Positions 49,637-59,056 of a DNA stretch of 64,000 bases are shown piece after piece. The DNA is from a virus. The stretch lies in the IMG/VR virus record IMGVR_UViG_3300044641_002725; one strand, 5' to 3'. How positions within the stretch are numbered: position 1 is the stretch's first letter; each line of letters begins with the position of its first letter. The position numbers were made by a program, and so were the translations under genes. The notes under the pieces were generated by a model. It made no database searches and was not told the DNA's origin. It saw only the letters and a program-made list of their open reading frames with translations.

Positions 49637-50786
49637 GTCTATCTTCTTTATCTGGTTGTGGAATCTTATCTTTATTTTCTGCCCAAGTTAATTTGGCTTG
49701 CTCACCAATCTTACCTTCAATCGGACATGGAGTTCCAGCATCCATCATTGCCCTAAACACACGATGATCCTGACACATAGTAGCGACAGCCGCAACTTTC
49801 ATACCCATGTCATATAGAGTTTTAGATAATTTTAAACGTTCGCAGTTTAAATCACGAACAGTACCACCACCTGATACACCAAATACCTGTGTCTGAACAG
49901 AACCAGATGAACCAGTAGAACACAAATCATTATTACCGCCACTCATCATTGTAGGTGCTACAGCAGTTGGTGGTGGTTGAATAACTTTCTGAGTTATCAT
50001 AGTTTCATTTTTATTGATGTTAGTTACTTCGCCAGAATTGATGTTCTGATTAATGTTTGCATTTTGATTAACGTTTGTATTGTTACTAGTCGCTGTTGAA
50101 GTGCTGATATTGCGATTAGTCATATCACCAGTGTTCACATTGTTATTTTGATTAGTAGATGTGCTAACGTTGTTATTGTTATTGGTTGCAGTACTCACGT
50201 TGTTATTGTTGTACGTCATCGTTCCAGTATTTTCATTCTTATTAATATTGGTAGATGTGCTGACACTATTGTTATTATTGTTGAACGTTTGTGTACCGCT
50301 ATTAATATTGTGATTCGTATTAACGTTTGTGGAAGTTGATGTTGTCGTATTGATGTTACGATTAGTCATGTCACCAGTATTGACATTGTTATTATTGTAT
50401 GTCAATGTGCCAGAGTTAACGTTGTTGTTGTTAAACGTTTGCGTACCACTATTCACGTTGTTGTTTGTGTTAACGTTTGTGGATGTGCTAGTGCTTACGT
50501 TGTTATTGTTGTTTGTATTGACGCTAGTGCTATTGACAGTTGAATTGCTTGTAGCATTGCTGTTGCTTACAGCCGTACTATTACTATTGACTGTGCTAAC
50601 GCTATTGGAAGTGCTGTTGGTATCTACCAACGTTTTGCTATCGTATGTACCTTGATTAATGAGACTTGTGGTCCCTGTTGTTGTTCCACCAGTTGTGCTG
50701 GATGTTCCAGTCGTTTGGGCTGATACCGCACCAAACATCATAACAAAAAGAGCAACTACAAGGCTCTTCTTGCGTAGGTTTTTCAT
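49569..50786 (-). CDS. secreted Asn/Thr-repeat protein with Cys-containing C-terminal domain
   Basis: signal peptide ending VSA; NNNNVNSGTxTx repeats; CERLKLSK...MCQD...GTPCP. Confidence 0.8.
   Translation of the reverse strand: MKNLRKKSLVVALFVMMFGAVSAQTTGTSSTTGGTTTGTTSLINQGTYDSKTLVDTNSTSNSVSTVNSNSTAVSNSNATSNSTVNSTSVNTNNNNNVSTSTSTNVNTNNNVNSGTQTFNNNNVNSGTLTYNNNNVNTGDMTNRNINTTTSTSTNVNTNHNINSGTQTFNNNNNSVSTSTNINKNENTGTMTYNNNNVSTATNNNNNVSTSTNQNNNVNTGDMTNRNISTSTATSNNTNVNQNANINQNINSGEVTNINKNETMITQKVIQPPPTAVAPTMMSGGNNDLCSTGSSGSVQTQVFGVSGGGTVRDLNCERLKLSKTLYDMGMKVAAVATMCQDHRVFRAMMDAGTPCPIEGKIGEQAKLTWAENKDKIPQPDKEDRHETIKNIGFGSLLGVLVHAAFK
50005..50610 (-). repeat. imperfect ~12-residue Asn/Thr repeats
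   Basis: NNVNSGTQTF NNNNVNSGTLTY NNNNVNTGDMTN, recurring. Confidence 0.8.
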
Positions 50787-50853
50787 TTTTCTATTTTCCT
50801 TTTATTGTTTTATATTGACACCCTCATATTATAAAGCAATATTCGTGCTTGTG

Positions 50854-51003
50854 TTATGGTAAAAATTTACCGATTAATCCGTTGACAATTCTGTCTGATA
50901 GGTCATCAGGCAGAAATTTGAGAAACCCTAAGAAGTATAAAGCTACACTACCATACACAAATATTTTTAAACACATATCAAAGGTTTTTTGATATTCGTT
51001 CAT
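50854..51003 (-). CDS. small membrane protein (49 aa)
   Basis: MNEYQKTFDMCLKIFVYGSVALYFLGFLKFLP...; ATGA overlap with upstream gene; not in ORF track. Confidence 0.6.
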   Translation of the reverse strand: MNEYQKTFDMCLKIFVYGSVALYFLGFLKFLPDDLSDRIVNGLIGKFLP

Positions 51004-51497
51004 CTTCCACACCTAGCAGTTGTTTGGCACCATTGTATCAGTTCATAACTACCGATAGCAAATATGAATATGATAAATGCAACTGCGCCAATAATCATAG
51101 CCCATTCATTTAACTCTTCTTCTTTTTGTTTACGCTTACGTTCTTGGTCGTTGAACATTCTTAAGTCATTAGCATCGTCTGCATCCATTTCCGCTTGACG
51201 GGCTTTGATCTTGTTCCATACGTCTATCTTGCCTGTCTGCATGAACAACATTTTAAGTTCTTCTTCAAAGGCTCTAGCCTGTTCTAATGCCATTTCAATC
51301 TGAAGTGCGGTTCCCATGTTGGAACCTTTCTTAGACTTTTTAGCCTCCATTAATGCTTTAGTTGCGGTGCTTTTGGCATCGAACATCTTGCCGATTATTG
51401 GCGCAAGAGAACCTAGGTCATTAGCAACCTTAGATGCCTTTTTAACCATCGAAATAGCTGACTGTATGCCGGCTAGTGCTGTGATTGGATCAATCAT
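51000..51497 (-). CDS. membrane-anchored helical protein
   Basis: MIDPITALAG N-terminus; C-terminal TM. Confidence 0.75.
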   Translation of the reverse strand: MIDPITALAGIQSAISMVKKASKVANDLGSLAPIIGKMFDAKSTATKALMEAKKSKKGSNMGTALQIEMALEQARAFEEELKMLFMQTGKIDVWNKIKARQAEMDADDANDLRMFNDQERKRKQKEEELNEWAMIIGAVAFIIFIFAIGSYELIQWCQTTARCGR

Positions 51498-51692
51498 TTT
51501 TTTATTCCTGTTTGCAAATTTCTTTGTGTAATCTATTCGAACAGTCTTTTTTAACCCACTCTATGCAGTATACTTTTCTTTCATAAACATCACCAGACCA
51601 TCCCCAACGGACACACTTTGATGTTTCGTCTTTTTTAGTCTTTTCTGCACTTGCACTTAAAATTATTAAACATATTATAAAGACTATTAGCT

Positions 51693-52250
51693 TTATAGAA
51701 CGATTGGTAGCCAAAGCCACAGACCTTGACTCATTAGCAATGCGGCAAAAAGCCCAACGCCAATACTAGCAAAATATAATGACATGCTGACTGCTAAAAT
51801 ACTTGCAGTTAACAAAACAATTGCAATCTGAAATGCAGAACCCGCAAATGTCATCCAAGGACCAGACTTGCGAATCTGGTCACGTTCGGCCTCAAGACCT
51901 TTTGCTTTTGCCATTAATTCTTTTTTACCCTCATTTGTTGCGGGTTCAGATTCATATCTGTCAATCTTTGCTGTTAACTTTTCTGCTTTATCAAATTGTT
52001 TTCTGTCAATAGCATCATCTCTAGCCATCTCAGCAAGAGTTTGTTTAACTGATTTTGCTTGATAGAATGCCCAAGTATTGTTTGCACTAATTGTATTGTT
52101 CAAAACTTTACTGCTATTGCCACTGGCAACATACGTATTGATTGCAAGCAAAGCGGCTAAAACTGTAATTAGCCAGCCAGCTTTATCTTTAATTTGTGCT
52201 TCACGTTCACTACGTGACAATGGCTTCTTTTCTAATACTACTTCTGACAT
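51693..52250 (-). CDS. DUF4337-like membrane protein
   Basis: TM, NTWAFYQAKSVKQ, FQIAIVL..ASIL. Confidence 0.75.
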   Translation of the reverse strand: MSEVVLEKKPLSRSEREAQIKDKAGWLITVLAALLAINTYVASGNSSKVLNNTISANNTWAFYQAKSVKQTLAEMARDDAIDRKQFDKAEKLTAKIDRYESEPATNEGKKELMAKAKGLEAERDQIRKSGPWMTFAGSAFQIAIVLLTASILAVSMSLYFASIGVGLFAALLMSQGLWLWLPIVL

Positions 52251-52285
52251 GTTTAACTCCTAAAACAAAATGATTAATTCACCAT

Positions 52286-52293
52286 TATTTATG
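52286..52293 (-). promoter_or_regulatory. possible T4 late promoter for minus-strand operon
   Basis: CATAAATA on - strand upstream of AGGAG RBS. Confidence 0.5.
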
Positions 52294-52330
52294 ATAAACC
52301 GAGTTTTTGGCATTTGTCAGAGCGGGATTT

Positions 52331-52392
52331 TGTTGTTTTTTTGCGACAAAATGCAAAATAATTGTTGACTTGCGTGGTAGATGTGGTATAAT
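52331..52392 (+). promoter_or_regulatory. promoter with TGTTG-N8-CGACA palindrome
   Basis: TTGACT 52365, 16-bp spacer, TATAAT 52387. Confidence 0.8.
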
Positions 52393-52398
52393 GGATAC

Positions 52399-52716
52399 AT
52401 GACATTGAGAAAAAAACGTTCTGACAGAAACCATGTACTGTACAAAGTTACGTGCGTTGACACTGGTGATTCATATGTTGGCTTGACTGTTGCACAGGGT
52501 CAGGCCTACGTGCGTTCGGTAAAAATCCGTTGGCAAAAACATGTGAGTCGTGCTAAGTGCGAAAACAAAAACTGGGCAATGTGTACTGCATTGCGTGAGT
52601 TAGCTGGTGCCGCATGGCAATATGAAGTCCTTGAAGTGATTCGTGGACGTAAACCCGCACACCAGCGTGAAAGAGAATTGATTGCCAAATTCGAACCATC
52701 GTTAAACACGTTTTGA
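52399..52716 (+). CDS. small GIY-YIG nuclease-family protein
   Basis: VLYKVTC..TGDSYVGLT...RW..H...ERELI...LN. Confidence 0.8.
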   Translation: MTLRKKRSDRNHVLYKVTCVDTGDSYVGLTVAQGQAYVRSVKIRWQKHVSRAKCENKNWAMCTALRELAGAAWQYEVLEVIRGRKPAHQRERELIAKFEPSLNTF

Positions 52717-52741
52717 CATTCCATATATGGTGTGTTATACT
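52713..52741 (+). promoter_or_regulatory. sigma70-type promoter
   Basis: TTGACA-17-TATACT. Confidence 0.75.
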
Positions 52742-52767
52742 ATTTAAAGTAATGTATAGGAGAGTTT

Positions 52768-53136
52768 ATGAGAAATTTTAAAACCATCAGTATTGCTTTT
52801 GGTGTTTTATTTGCAGTAACAAACGCATTGGCAAATGATATTGTCAATTATCAAATTGTGCCTGTGATTAAAGTTGATCCAATTGGAAGTATGAGAGCCA
52901 TTTCAATGCCTAGAATGTCATGCACTAATGTTGAACCAGTTGAGGGTGCAGGTGCGCCTGTTCAACCACAACAACAAAAATGTGTATCGTATAGTGACAG
53001 AGAGTTTCGCTATAATGTTACTGCATTCAATGTAACATTTGAATATCAAGGACAGATTCGTACAGTTAAAATGAACTACGATCCTGGTAATGCAATCAGA
53101 ATTAAAACAGTAACGAAAGTTTATGCTGTAGAGTAA
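52768..53136 (+). CDS. secreted YcfJ-like protein
   Basis: signal peptide; VIKVDPI..C..C..FNVTFEYQGQ...MNYDPG. Confidence 0.6.
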   Translation: MRNFKTISIAFGVLFAVTNALANDIVNYQIVPVIKVDPIGSMRAISMPRMSCTNVEPVEGAGAPVQPQQQKCVSYSDREFRYNVTAFNVTFEYQGQIRTVKMNYDPGNAIRIKTVTKVYAVE

Positions 53137-53139
53137 AAT

Positions 53140-53544
53140 ATGAAAAATTCGTATGTCATACATAGTATTATAACATCTTTATTTTTGTGTAATGTCGCAC
53201 ATGGTAAAGTTGTTCTTGTAGAAGATTCGTCAATCAAAGACGGCTACTATATGGCAAAAGTTATAAATGTGAAACCTATTATAGAAAAGGTACCGTACAT
53301 GACTACGAAAAATTATTGTCAGAAAAATTATGGCACGATACACTATTCAGGACCAGGAACTAATACTCTAGTCTTGGGTGTGACACCACCGCTATCAACA
53401 CCGTCATGTAGACTTGTCAATGAACAAGCCTATCATAGCGTTGTCAAAGGATATCAAGTAACATATGATTTTAAGGGTACACTTAAAACTGCATTTTTAA
53501 ATAATGAACCAAGTGAATTTGTGCAGGTGTATAATGCTCCATGA
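53140..53544 (+). CDS. secreted YcfJ-like protein (paralog)
   Basis: signal peptide; AKVINVKPI..C..C..GYQVTYDFKG. Confidence 0.6.
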   Translation: MKNSYVIHSIITSLFLCNVAHGKVVLVEDSSIKDGYYMAKVINVKPIIEKVPYMTTKNYCQKNYGTIHYSGPGTNTLVLGVTPPLSTPSCRLVNEQAYHSVVKGYQVTYDFKGTLKTAFLNNEPSEFVQVYNAP

Positions 53545-53807
53545 CGTACTATGTTTATGGCGCAGAGGGAAGCAGGACAACTGATAAAGTTGAAACGCTG
53601 TTGACAGTCTGTAGACGACAATATAAACTATTCATATTAGGTCAAGACTATTCAATAGAGCAATTGAGGATATTAGTTCCAGAAACTAACTTTGTTCCTC
53701 ACATATACCACGATGCAAAATACATCGGCGGTATCAGAGAACTATACGATTATTTGTATAGTGAAGTAAAAATGGAAAAACAATTTCAAAACGAAACCCG
53801 AGAATAA
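53541..53807 (+). CDS. glutaredoxin-fold protein lacking CxxC
   Basis: FVPHIY...YIGGIREL. Confidence 0.6.
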   Translation: MTYYVYGAEGSRTTDKVETLLTVCRRQYKLFILGQDYSIEQLRILVPETNFVPHIYHDAKYIGGIRELYDYLYSEVKMEKQFQNETRE

Positions 53808-53810
53808 ATT

Positions 53811-54275
53811 ATGTCTGATTATGAACACGATTACAAACGATTTGATGATATCATTGTTAGTTTATTGACTACATCATGGCGAGAACCAGAAGACTTACAA
53901 ATCGGTGAAGACATTTCCGATATCTCCGAAATCAAAATCATCTTTGACGGCTATGGTGACTTAGAAGATGAAGATGAGAATGGCGAGTATCGTTATGAAG
54001 AAGGTGGCAATAAGAACATGGAATCTTATGCAATCTTTATTCACAAAGATTCTGCACAAGAAGATTTTGTATTTCCCGAACATGAAAGTTTCTCATTTAG
54101 TTTTGGTTCAATGATTCAACATCGACCGAAAGAAGAAGTTTGTATCTATGTTTGGTATGACGTAGAGAATGACAATTGGGATATTTTGCCATTGGAAGAA
54201 CGAGTAGAAGACACGGACTTGACAGTCGAGCAAGTTATGAGTATACTAGAGACATTGAACGAAAGATATTTTTAA
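53811..54275 (+). CDS. acidic hypothetical protein
   Basis: 154-aa ORF. Confidence 0.65.
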   Translation: MSDYEHDYKRFDDIIVSLLTTSWREPEDLQIGEDISDISEIKIIFDGYGDLEDEDENGEYRYEEGGNKNMESYAIFIHKDSAQEDFVFPEHESFSFSFGSMIQHRPKEEVCIYVWYDVENDNWDILPLEERVEDTDLTVEQVMSILETLNERYF

Positions 54276-54291
54276 CATGGAGAACTTTGAT

Positions 54292-54591
54292 ATGACAACT
54301 TTTAATTATTCAACAACTACACCAAAAGAGCAAAAAGCATTTCGTGACTGGCTGACTAGCCATCTCAAATACGGCCCTGTGACTGTTGACTTTCTGAAGA
54401 AAGATGGTACAATGCGTACTATGAAATGCACATTGCAAGAGTCTGCAATTCCAACATACGAAAAGAAAACCGAACGTGTTCGTACCAATTCAAGTGATGA
54501 GTCTATCTCTGTAGTTGACTTAGACAAAAACGAATGGCGTTCATTCCGTTACGATTCTATCAAGTCTGTATCATTTACATTGGGTGAATAA
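54292..54591 (+). CDS. WYL-like/Sm-like SH3 beta-barrel protein
   Basis: VDFLKKDGTMRTMKCTL...DLDKNEWRSFRYDSI. Confidence 0.75.
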   Translation: MTTFNYSTTTPKEQKAFRDWLTSHLKYGPVTVDFLKKDGTMRTMKCTLQESAIPTYEKKTERVRTNSSDESISVVDLDKNEWRSFRYDSIKSVSFTLGE

Positions 54592-54594
54592 ATT

Positions 54595-55722
54595 ATGAAA
54601 TTTTCCAAGATTAATCCTGGCGCTGAGTCCAAGTATATGGGACCAGAGCCTTCTTGGACAAATCAAGAGGAGATTCAAAACCTCAAAGTCGCAGAAATTG
54701 GTGCCTTGAATTGGTACAATTATATGTGCGATAACAAACAAGCAAAAACGTTTGTTATTGAATACATGGCTAGCATTGGTAGACCCAAAGAAGAAATTTC
54801 TTTAGTCGCATCAAGTGACGCATCTATTCCAGTACAACTTGGTTGGGTAGCACGTATGATGTGTATGGGCTATCAGCCATCCGAATCATTCAAAAACTTT
54901 TTTATCAAAGAGTTTAAGAATGTTGTCGAGTCTGCAAAGAAAACTAAAAAACCAAAAGCACCCGTTGTTGTCGCAACAACAACTGCACCAGTCGTGTCTA
55001 TTCAAGATAGAATTCGTGAAAAGGCATCCGAAGAAGCTGGTGAAATTGAGGGGCTTGTAGATGACTTTATTATTGGTGGTTGCAAGTCTGCACCAGATAT
55101 GCAATCGTATCTGAAAAGTAAAGACCTATCTTCCGTTGTACAAAAGAAAATGTGCGAAGTGTTCATTAAACGTTCTAAAGAATTCGAAGAAGTTATGAAT
55201 ACAACTGATGCTGATATCAAAGAAGGCTATTCTAATTTCAGTAAAGTGCAATTACGTAAAGTCAAAGAATTCTATGATGCGATTGTTGCAGAAACAAATC
55301 GTGGTGCAGAAAAGAAACCTACACGTAAAGCACGTAAAGTAAAAGAGAAACCCGCAAGTGTAATTGCATCTAAAGTGCAATACATGAAAGATTTCGCTGA
55401 GTTGAATTTGAAGAGTGTTCTACCAGAAAAGATCATTGGTGCAAATCAAGTGTGGTTGTACAATACCAAAACAAAATTGCTCGGCATGTACAATGCTGAC
55501 AATGCAAAGGGTCTGACAATCAAAGGTACGACAATTCAAAACTTCAATGTTGAAACATCAATTGGCAAACGATTGCGTAAACCTGAAGTGGCTGTTAAGC
55601 AGGTGCTTGATGGTGGCAAGATTGTGCTGAAAAAACTGTTAGACGGATTGACAACTAAACCTGCCGAGTTGACAGGGCGCATTAACTCTGATACAATTGT
55701 TGTTAGAGTAATAACTGGATAA
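54595..55722 (+). CDS. conserved T4-like hypothetical protein upstream of rnh
   Basis: ALNWYNY, EGYS, KRLRKP, TGRINSD. Confidence 0.75.
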   Translation: MKFSKINPGAESKYMGPEPSWTNQEEIQNLKVAEIGALNWYNYMCDNKQAKTFVIEYMASIGRPKEEISLVASSDASIPVQLGWVARMMCMGYQPSESFKNFFIKEFKNVVESAKKTKKPKAPVVVATTTAPVVSIQDRIREKASEEAGEIEGLVDDFIIGGCKSAPDMQSYLKSKDLSSVVQKKMCEVFIKRSKEFEEVMNTTDADIKEGYSNFSKVQLRKVKEFYDAIVAETNRGAEKKPTRKARKVKEKPASVIASKVQYMKDFAELNLKSVLPEKIIGANQVWLYNTKTKLLGMYNADNAKGLTIKGTTIQNFNVETSIGKRLRKPEVAVKQVLDGGKIVLKKLLDGLTTKPAELTGRINSDTIVVRVITG

Positions 55723-55727
55723 CCAAA

Positions 55728-56594
55728 ATGATTTTGATTGACTTGAATCAGGTAATGATTTCAAACCTGATGATGCAGATAAATTCAAATGCATTAAACA
55801 CAATTGATGAAAACATGGTGCGACACATGGTGCTGAATAGCATTCGCATGTACAACATGAAATTCAAAGACGGCTATGGTGATATTGTTATCTGTTGCGA
55901 TGATAAGAAATACTGGCGCAGAGACTACTTTCCTTACTACAAAGCTGGTCGTAAGAAAGACAGAGAAGCATCTCCTCTTGACTGGAATCTAATCTTTGAA
56001 ACGCTAAACAAAGTGCGTGACGAAATCAAAGAATACTTTCCGTACAAAGTGATTCAAGTTGACAAGACAGAAGCCGATGACGTTATTGCTACGTTGACAC
56101 ACAAGTTTGGTGTTCCACTTAAAAACAGTTCTACTGAAAAGATTCTGATTTTGTCTAGCGACAAAGACTTTATGCAATTGCAGAAGTTCGCAAACGTAGA
56201 ACAGTATAGTCCAATGGGTAAGAAGTTCTTACGTACCAATACGCCAGAAGCATTCTTGAAAGAACACATTATCAGAGGCGATAGAAGCGATGGCATTCCT
56301 AACTTCATGTCTTCTGATGATACATTCGTAACAGAAGCCCGTCAAAAACCTGTAACTGAGAAAAAGCTAAATAAGTGGTTAGAAGAAGAACCTGAGTCTT
56401 TTTGTGATGAAGTGATGCTGAGAAATTACAAGCGAAACGAATTGCTAATTGACCTGTCTAAAATTCCAACTGAGTATCAAGAGAAAATTCTTGAGGCTTA
56501 TGAAAATACCCCTAAACGTGGTAGGGAAAAACTACTTAACTATTTTATCCAAAACCGCATGAAGCAGTTGATGGAACATATACAGGAATTTTAA
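55728..56594 (+). CDS. rnh: T4 RNase H (5'-3' exonuclease)
   Basis: MILID, YWRRDYFPYYK, EADDVI, SSDKDF, GDRSDGIPN. Confidence 0.95.
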   Translation: MILIDLNQVMISNLMMQINSNALNTIDENMVRHMVLNSIRMYNMKFKDGYGDIVICCDDKKYWRRDYFPYYKAGRKKDREASPLDWNLIFETLNKVRDEIKEYFPYKVIQVDKTEADDVIATLTHKFGVPLKNSSTEKILILSSDKDFMQLQKFANVEQYSPMGKKFLRTNTPEAFLKEHIIRGDRSDGIPNFMSSDDTFVTEARQKPVTEKKLNKWLEEEPESFCDEVMLRNYKRNELLIDLSKIPTEYQEKILEAYENTPKRGREKLLNYFIQNRMKQLMEHIQEF

Positions 56595-56595
56595 A

Positions 56596-57039
56596 ATGGC
56601 TATTGATATTAGCAAAATGACTATACCAGAATTGCTCACGCATATTTCTGAATTACCAGCCGCAAAGAAGGTGTCTGCATTGAAACAGATTGCAGATTTG
56701 ACACCAGAATTAAAAACTGTTCTCAAGTATACATTTCATAAAAATGTGCTATTTGATTTGCCCAAAGGTGTTCCTCCTTATAAAGCTATGGAGACTCCAG
56801 AAAATTGGGGGCATAATAGACTGCCTAAAGAGTTAAGAAAGTTTCAGTATTTCTTAAAGGGAAATAATCTAAACCCTATCAAACGTGAATCAATTTTTAT
56901 TGAGGTTCTTGAAACAGTTTCACCCGAAGAGGCTAAACTTGTTTTGATGATGAAGGATAAAAAACTTACGTACAAGGGCATCACTAGAAAACTTATTGAA
57001 GAAGCGTTGCCTGAAATTTTGCAGGGAGAATCAGAGTAA
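56596..57039 (+). CDS. conserved T4-like protein (DUF6433-like)
   Basis: LPKGVPPY...KRESIFIEVLE..SPEEA. Confidence 0.75.
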   Translation: MAIDISKMTIPELLTHISELPAAKKVSALKQIADLTPELKTVLKYTFHKNVLFDLPKGVPPYKAMETPENWGHNRLPKELRKFQYFLKGNNLNPIKRESIFIEVLETVSPEEAKLVLMMKDKKLTYKGITRKLIEEALPEILQGESE

Positions 57040-57043
57040 CAAA

Positions 57044-57232
57044 ATGGCAAAGACAAAAAAGTATTCTAGTTTTCGTGACTTCTATGAAGACGAAGGTCGC
57101 AAAGGAAAACCAAAATTGAACGAATCTAAAAAACAAAAAGACAAGTTCAAGCATCAAACTAAGCTAATCGATCCTAGAAATATCAAGGATGACGATTGGG
57201 ATGACTTTGAAGAATTTGATGAATTAAAATAA
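57044..57232 (+). CDS. small charged hypothetical protein
   Basis: MAKTKKYSSFRDF... Confidence 0.6.
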   Translation: MAKTKKYSSFRDFYEDEGRKGKPKLNESKKQKDKFKHQTKLIDPRNIKDDDWDDFEEFDELK

Positions 57233-57246
57233 CTGAGTAATATATT

Positions 57247-57846
57247 ATGAAAAAAGAATTGGATGAAGCACTAGTTGCAAAGTACCCAAAGATTTTTAAA
57301 TATCGCCATGCACCGATGACACATACTGCTATGTGTTGGGGTTTCGATTGTGGTGATGGTTGGTACAATATCATTGATGTATTGTGTGAAAACATTCAAC
57401 ATCATGTGGATCAAAGACGTAGAGAACGTGCAAGAGTATTGAAATTCAATCGTGCGCTGAAACGTGCATTGGCTGGAGACACATACCCACTTCAAATGTA
57501 TTTTACATTTAGCAATAAAACAGAACCAGATGAATGGGCGATTGAAAATTCTAGCAAAGCAATCGTAAAAGCAGAGTTCAGAGAAGTTCCTGCACATATG
57601 CCACACATCACAGCAAGTCAAGTGAAAGAGAAATTCGGTGGATTGCGATTCTACATTAATGGTTATACTGATGAAGTGCGTGGAATGATTCGCATGGCTG
57701 AATCAATGTCATATCGGACATGTGAAGTGTGTGGTAATCCTGGTCGTTCAAACAATCACGGATGGATTTCAACATTGTGCGATACCCACAGATTAGAACG
57801 TGGCGAAGACTTGCCTCAAAACGAGAAATTCGAGTCTGAAAATTGA
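57247..57846 (+). CDS. conserved hypothetical phage protein
   Basis: CGDGW, QVKEKFGGLRFY, TCEVCG...TLC. Confidence 0.8.
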   Translation: MKKELDEALVAKYPKIFKYRHAPMTHTAMCWGFDCGDGWYNIIDVLCENIQHHVDQRRRERARVLKFNRALKRALAGDTYPLQMYFTFSNKTEPDEWAIENSSKAIVKAEFREVPAHMPHITASQVKEKFGGLRFYINGYTDEVRGMIRMAESMSYRTCEVCGNPGRSNNHGWISTLCDTHRLERGEDLPQNEKFESEN

Positions 57847-57872
57847 ATACAAAAGTACTAAAAACCCCCTCC

Positions 57873-57895
57873 AAGCCGTCTTTGACGGCTTTTTT
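57873..57895 (+). terminator. intrinsic terminator
   Basis: AAGCCGTC-TTT-GACGGCTT-TTTTT. Confidence 0.8.
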
Positions 57896-57956
57896 GTTGT
57901 CTTTTTACAACAAAATGCAAAATAGTTGTTGACGTACCATTCGAACCCTGTATAAT
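57895..57956 (+). promoter_or_regulatory. early promoter with TGTTG-N8-CAACA palindrome
   Basis: TTGACG 57929, 16-bp spacer, TATAAT 57951. Confidence 0.85.
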
Positions 57957-57992
57957 AGATTCTGTAGTGAGTAAGATTAATAGGAGATTTAG

Positions 57993-58073
57993 ATGCTTAC
58001 AGTTTTGATGATTTTTGCAGTAGTGATTTTGTTTGGTGCCGCAGTTAGTGGTTCTGTTAAGACCCTCGGCTGA
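57993..58073 (+). CDS. 26-aa hydrophobic peptide
   Basis: AGGAG RBS; MLTVLMIFAVVILFGAAVSGSVKTLG. Confidence 0.6.
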   Translation: MLTVLMIFAVVILFGAAVSGSVKTLG

Positions 58074-58096
58074 TTTTAATTTTTAAGGAAAAGAAA

Positions 58097-58429
58097 ATGA
58101 TTGACGGATTTAACGAATACCTCGAATGCATCAAAGCTGACTATGTTAAATGGCATGGTGACAATCCTTCTGAAATTCAAAAAGCAATGGCACAAGAATT
58201 TTGCGATTCCTTGTCCTATGAAGTTGGTCGTAGTTACATCAAAGTAATTACTGGTCGTGCCGGTAGTGGTCGTTCCGTTCATTCATTCGTGTGTTTGCGT
58301 GACATGGGCAAGTTCACAAAGGGTGACATTCTGAAAGCGGCTGGTTGGTCGGCTCCTGCGAAGAATTTTGCACGTGGTAACACAATGGCCAGGACTTTCC
58401 AGAACATTCGTTGGATGGGAGCGATGTGA
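58097..58429 (+). CDS. conserved early hypothetical protein
   Basis: YIKV...SVHSFV...GDILKAAGWSAPAKNFARGN. Confidence 0.8.
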   Translation: MIDGFNEYLECIKADYVKWHGDNPSEIQKAMAQEFCDSLSYEVGRSYIKVITGRAGSGRSVHSFVCLRDMGKFTKGDILKAAGWSAPAKNFARGNTMARTFQNIRWMGAM

Positions 58430-58443
58430 ATACGAAAGTATTC

Positions 58444-58505
58444 AGTTGCAAAAAAACAACAGAATCGAAAATAGTTGTTGACTTGGTTCTCCATTGTGGT
58501 ATAAT
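58444..58505 (+). promoter_or_regulatory. early promoter with (A)GTTG-N8-CAACA palindrome
   Basis: TTGACT 58478, 16-bp spacer, TATAAT 58500. Confidence 0.85.
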
Positions 58506-58539
58506 AGAATCTTAGACAGTAAAGAAAAGGGACTTCAAA

Positions 58540-58809
58540 ATGCGTACTAAAACCTACATTCAAGGCTTCAAAAATTCACAGAAAATTCGTGTGATGTTTG
58601 ACGGAATTGGTATCTACACCACTGTTGCTGGTGTGTCGAGTGTGTTTGCTACATACACCCATTCACAAGCGGCTAATGATGCTCTGTTGCGTTTGTCTTA
58701 CATGCGTTACATGGCACAAAAAGATGGTGCGTTGGTTCCCACAGGTGTTGGTATGACAAGTTACAATACCTCGCAAGTTGGTACGCAAGTTCAAGTTGAT
58801 TTGATTTAA
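58540..58809 (+). CDS. early hypothetical protein
   Basis: ORF directly behind promoter. Confidence 0.7.
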   Translation: MRTKTYIQGFKNSQKIRVMFDGIGIYTTVAGVSSVFATYTHSQAANDALLRLSYMRYMAQKDGALVPTGVGMTSYNTSQVGTQVQVDLI

Positions 58810-58818
58810 GGAAATAAA

Positions 58819-59055
58819 ATGACTACATTATCACATGATATATCTTACGGAATGTTTAGCGAAGTCGGTAACTTAGCCGTTCACGGTGTTGTTGTTGCCG
58901 CAGTAACAATGAACCTGACATGGCCAGAAACTTACAAGTGCCTTAACATGTTAGCTAAAAATGATTACAGCAAATTTGGTGAAGCGATGGACACTACAGT
59001 TCGGGAATGTGTCTACAATGCTTGTGGTTTTACTTCTGACTTTTATGGTGCTTAA
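58819..59055 (+). CDS. early hypothetical protein
   Basis: AAGGA RBS; YGMFS..GN..V...EAMDTTVRE. Confidence 0.7.
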   Translation: MTTLSHDISYGMFSEVGNLAVHGVVVAAVTMNLTWPETYKCLNMLAKNDYSKFGEAMDTTVRECVYNACGFTSDFYGA

Positions 59056-59056
59056 T

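Noticed and set aside
51502-51720. 72-aa minus-strand ORF with Cys residues
   Set aside because: Probably a real small secreted protein filling the operon gap, but the start codon is unclear, so not listed as a feature.
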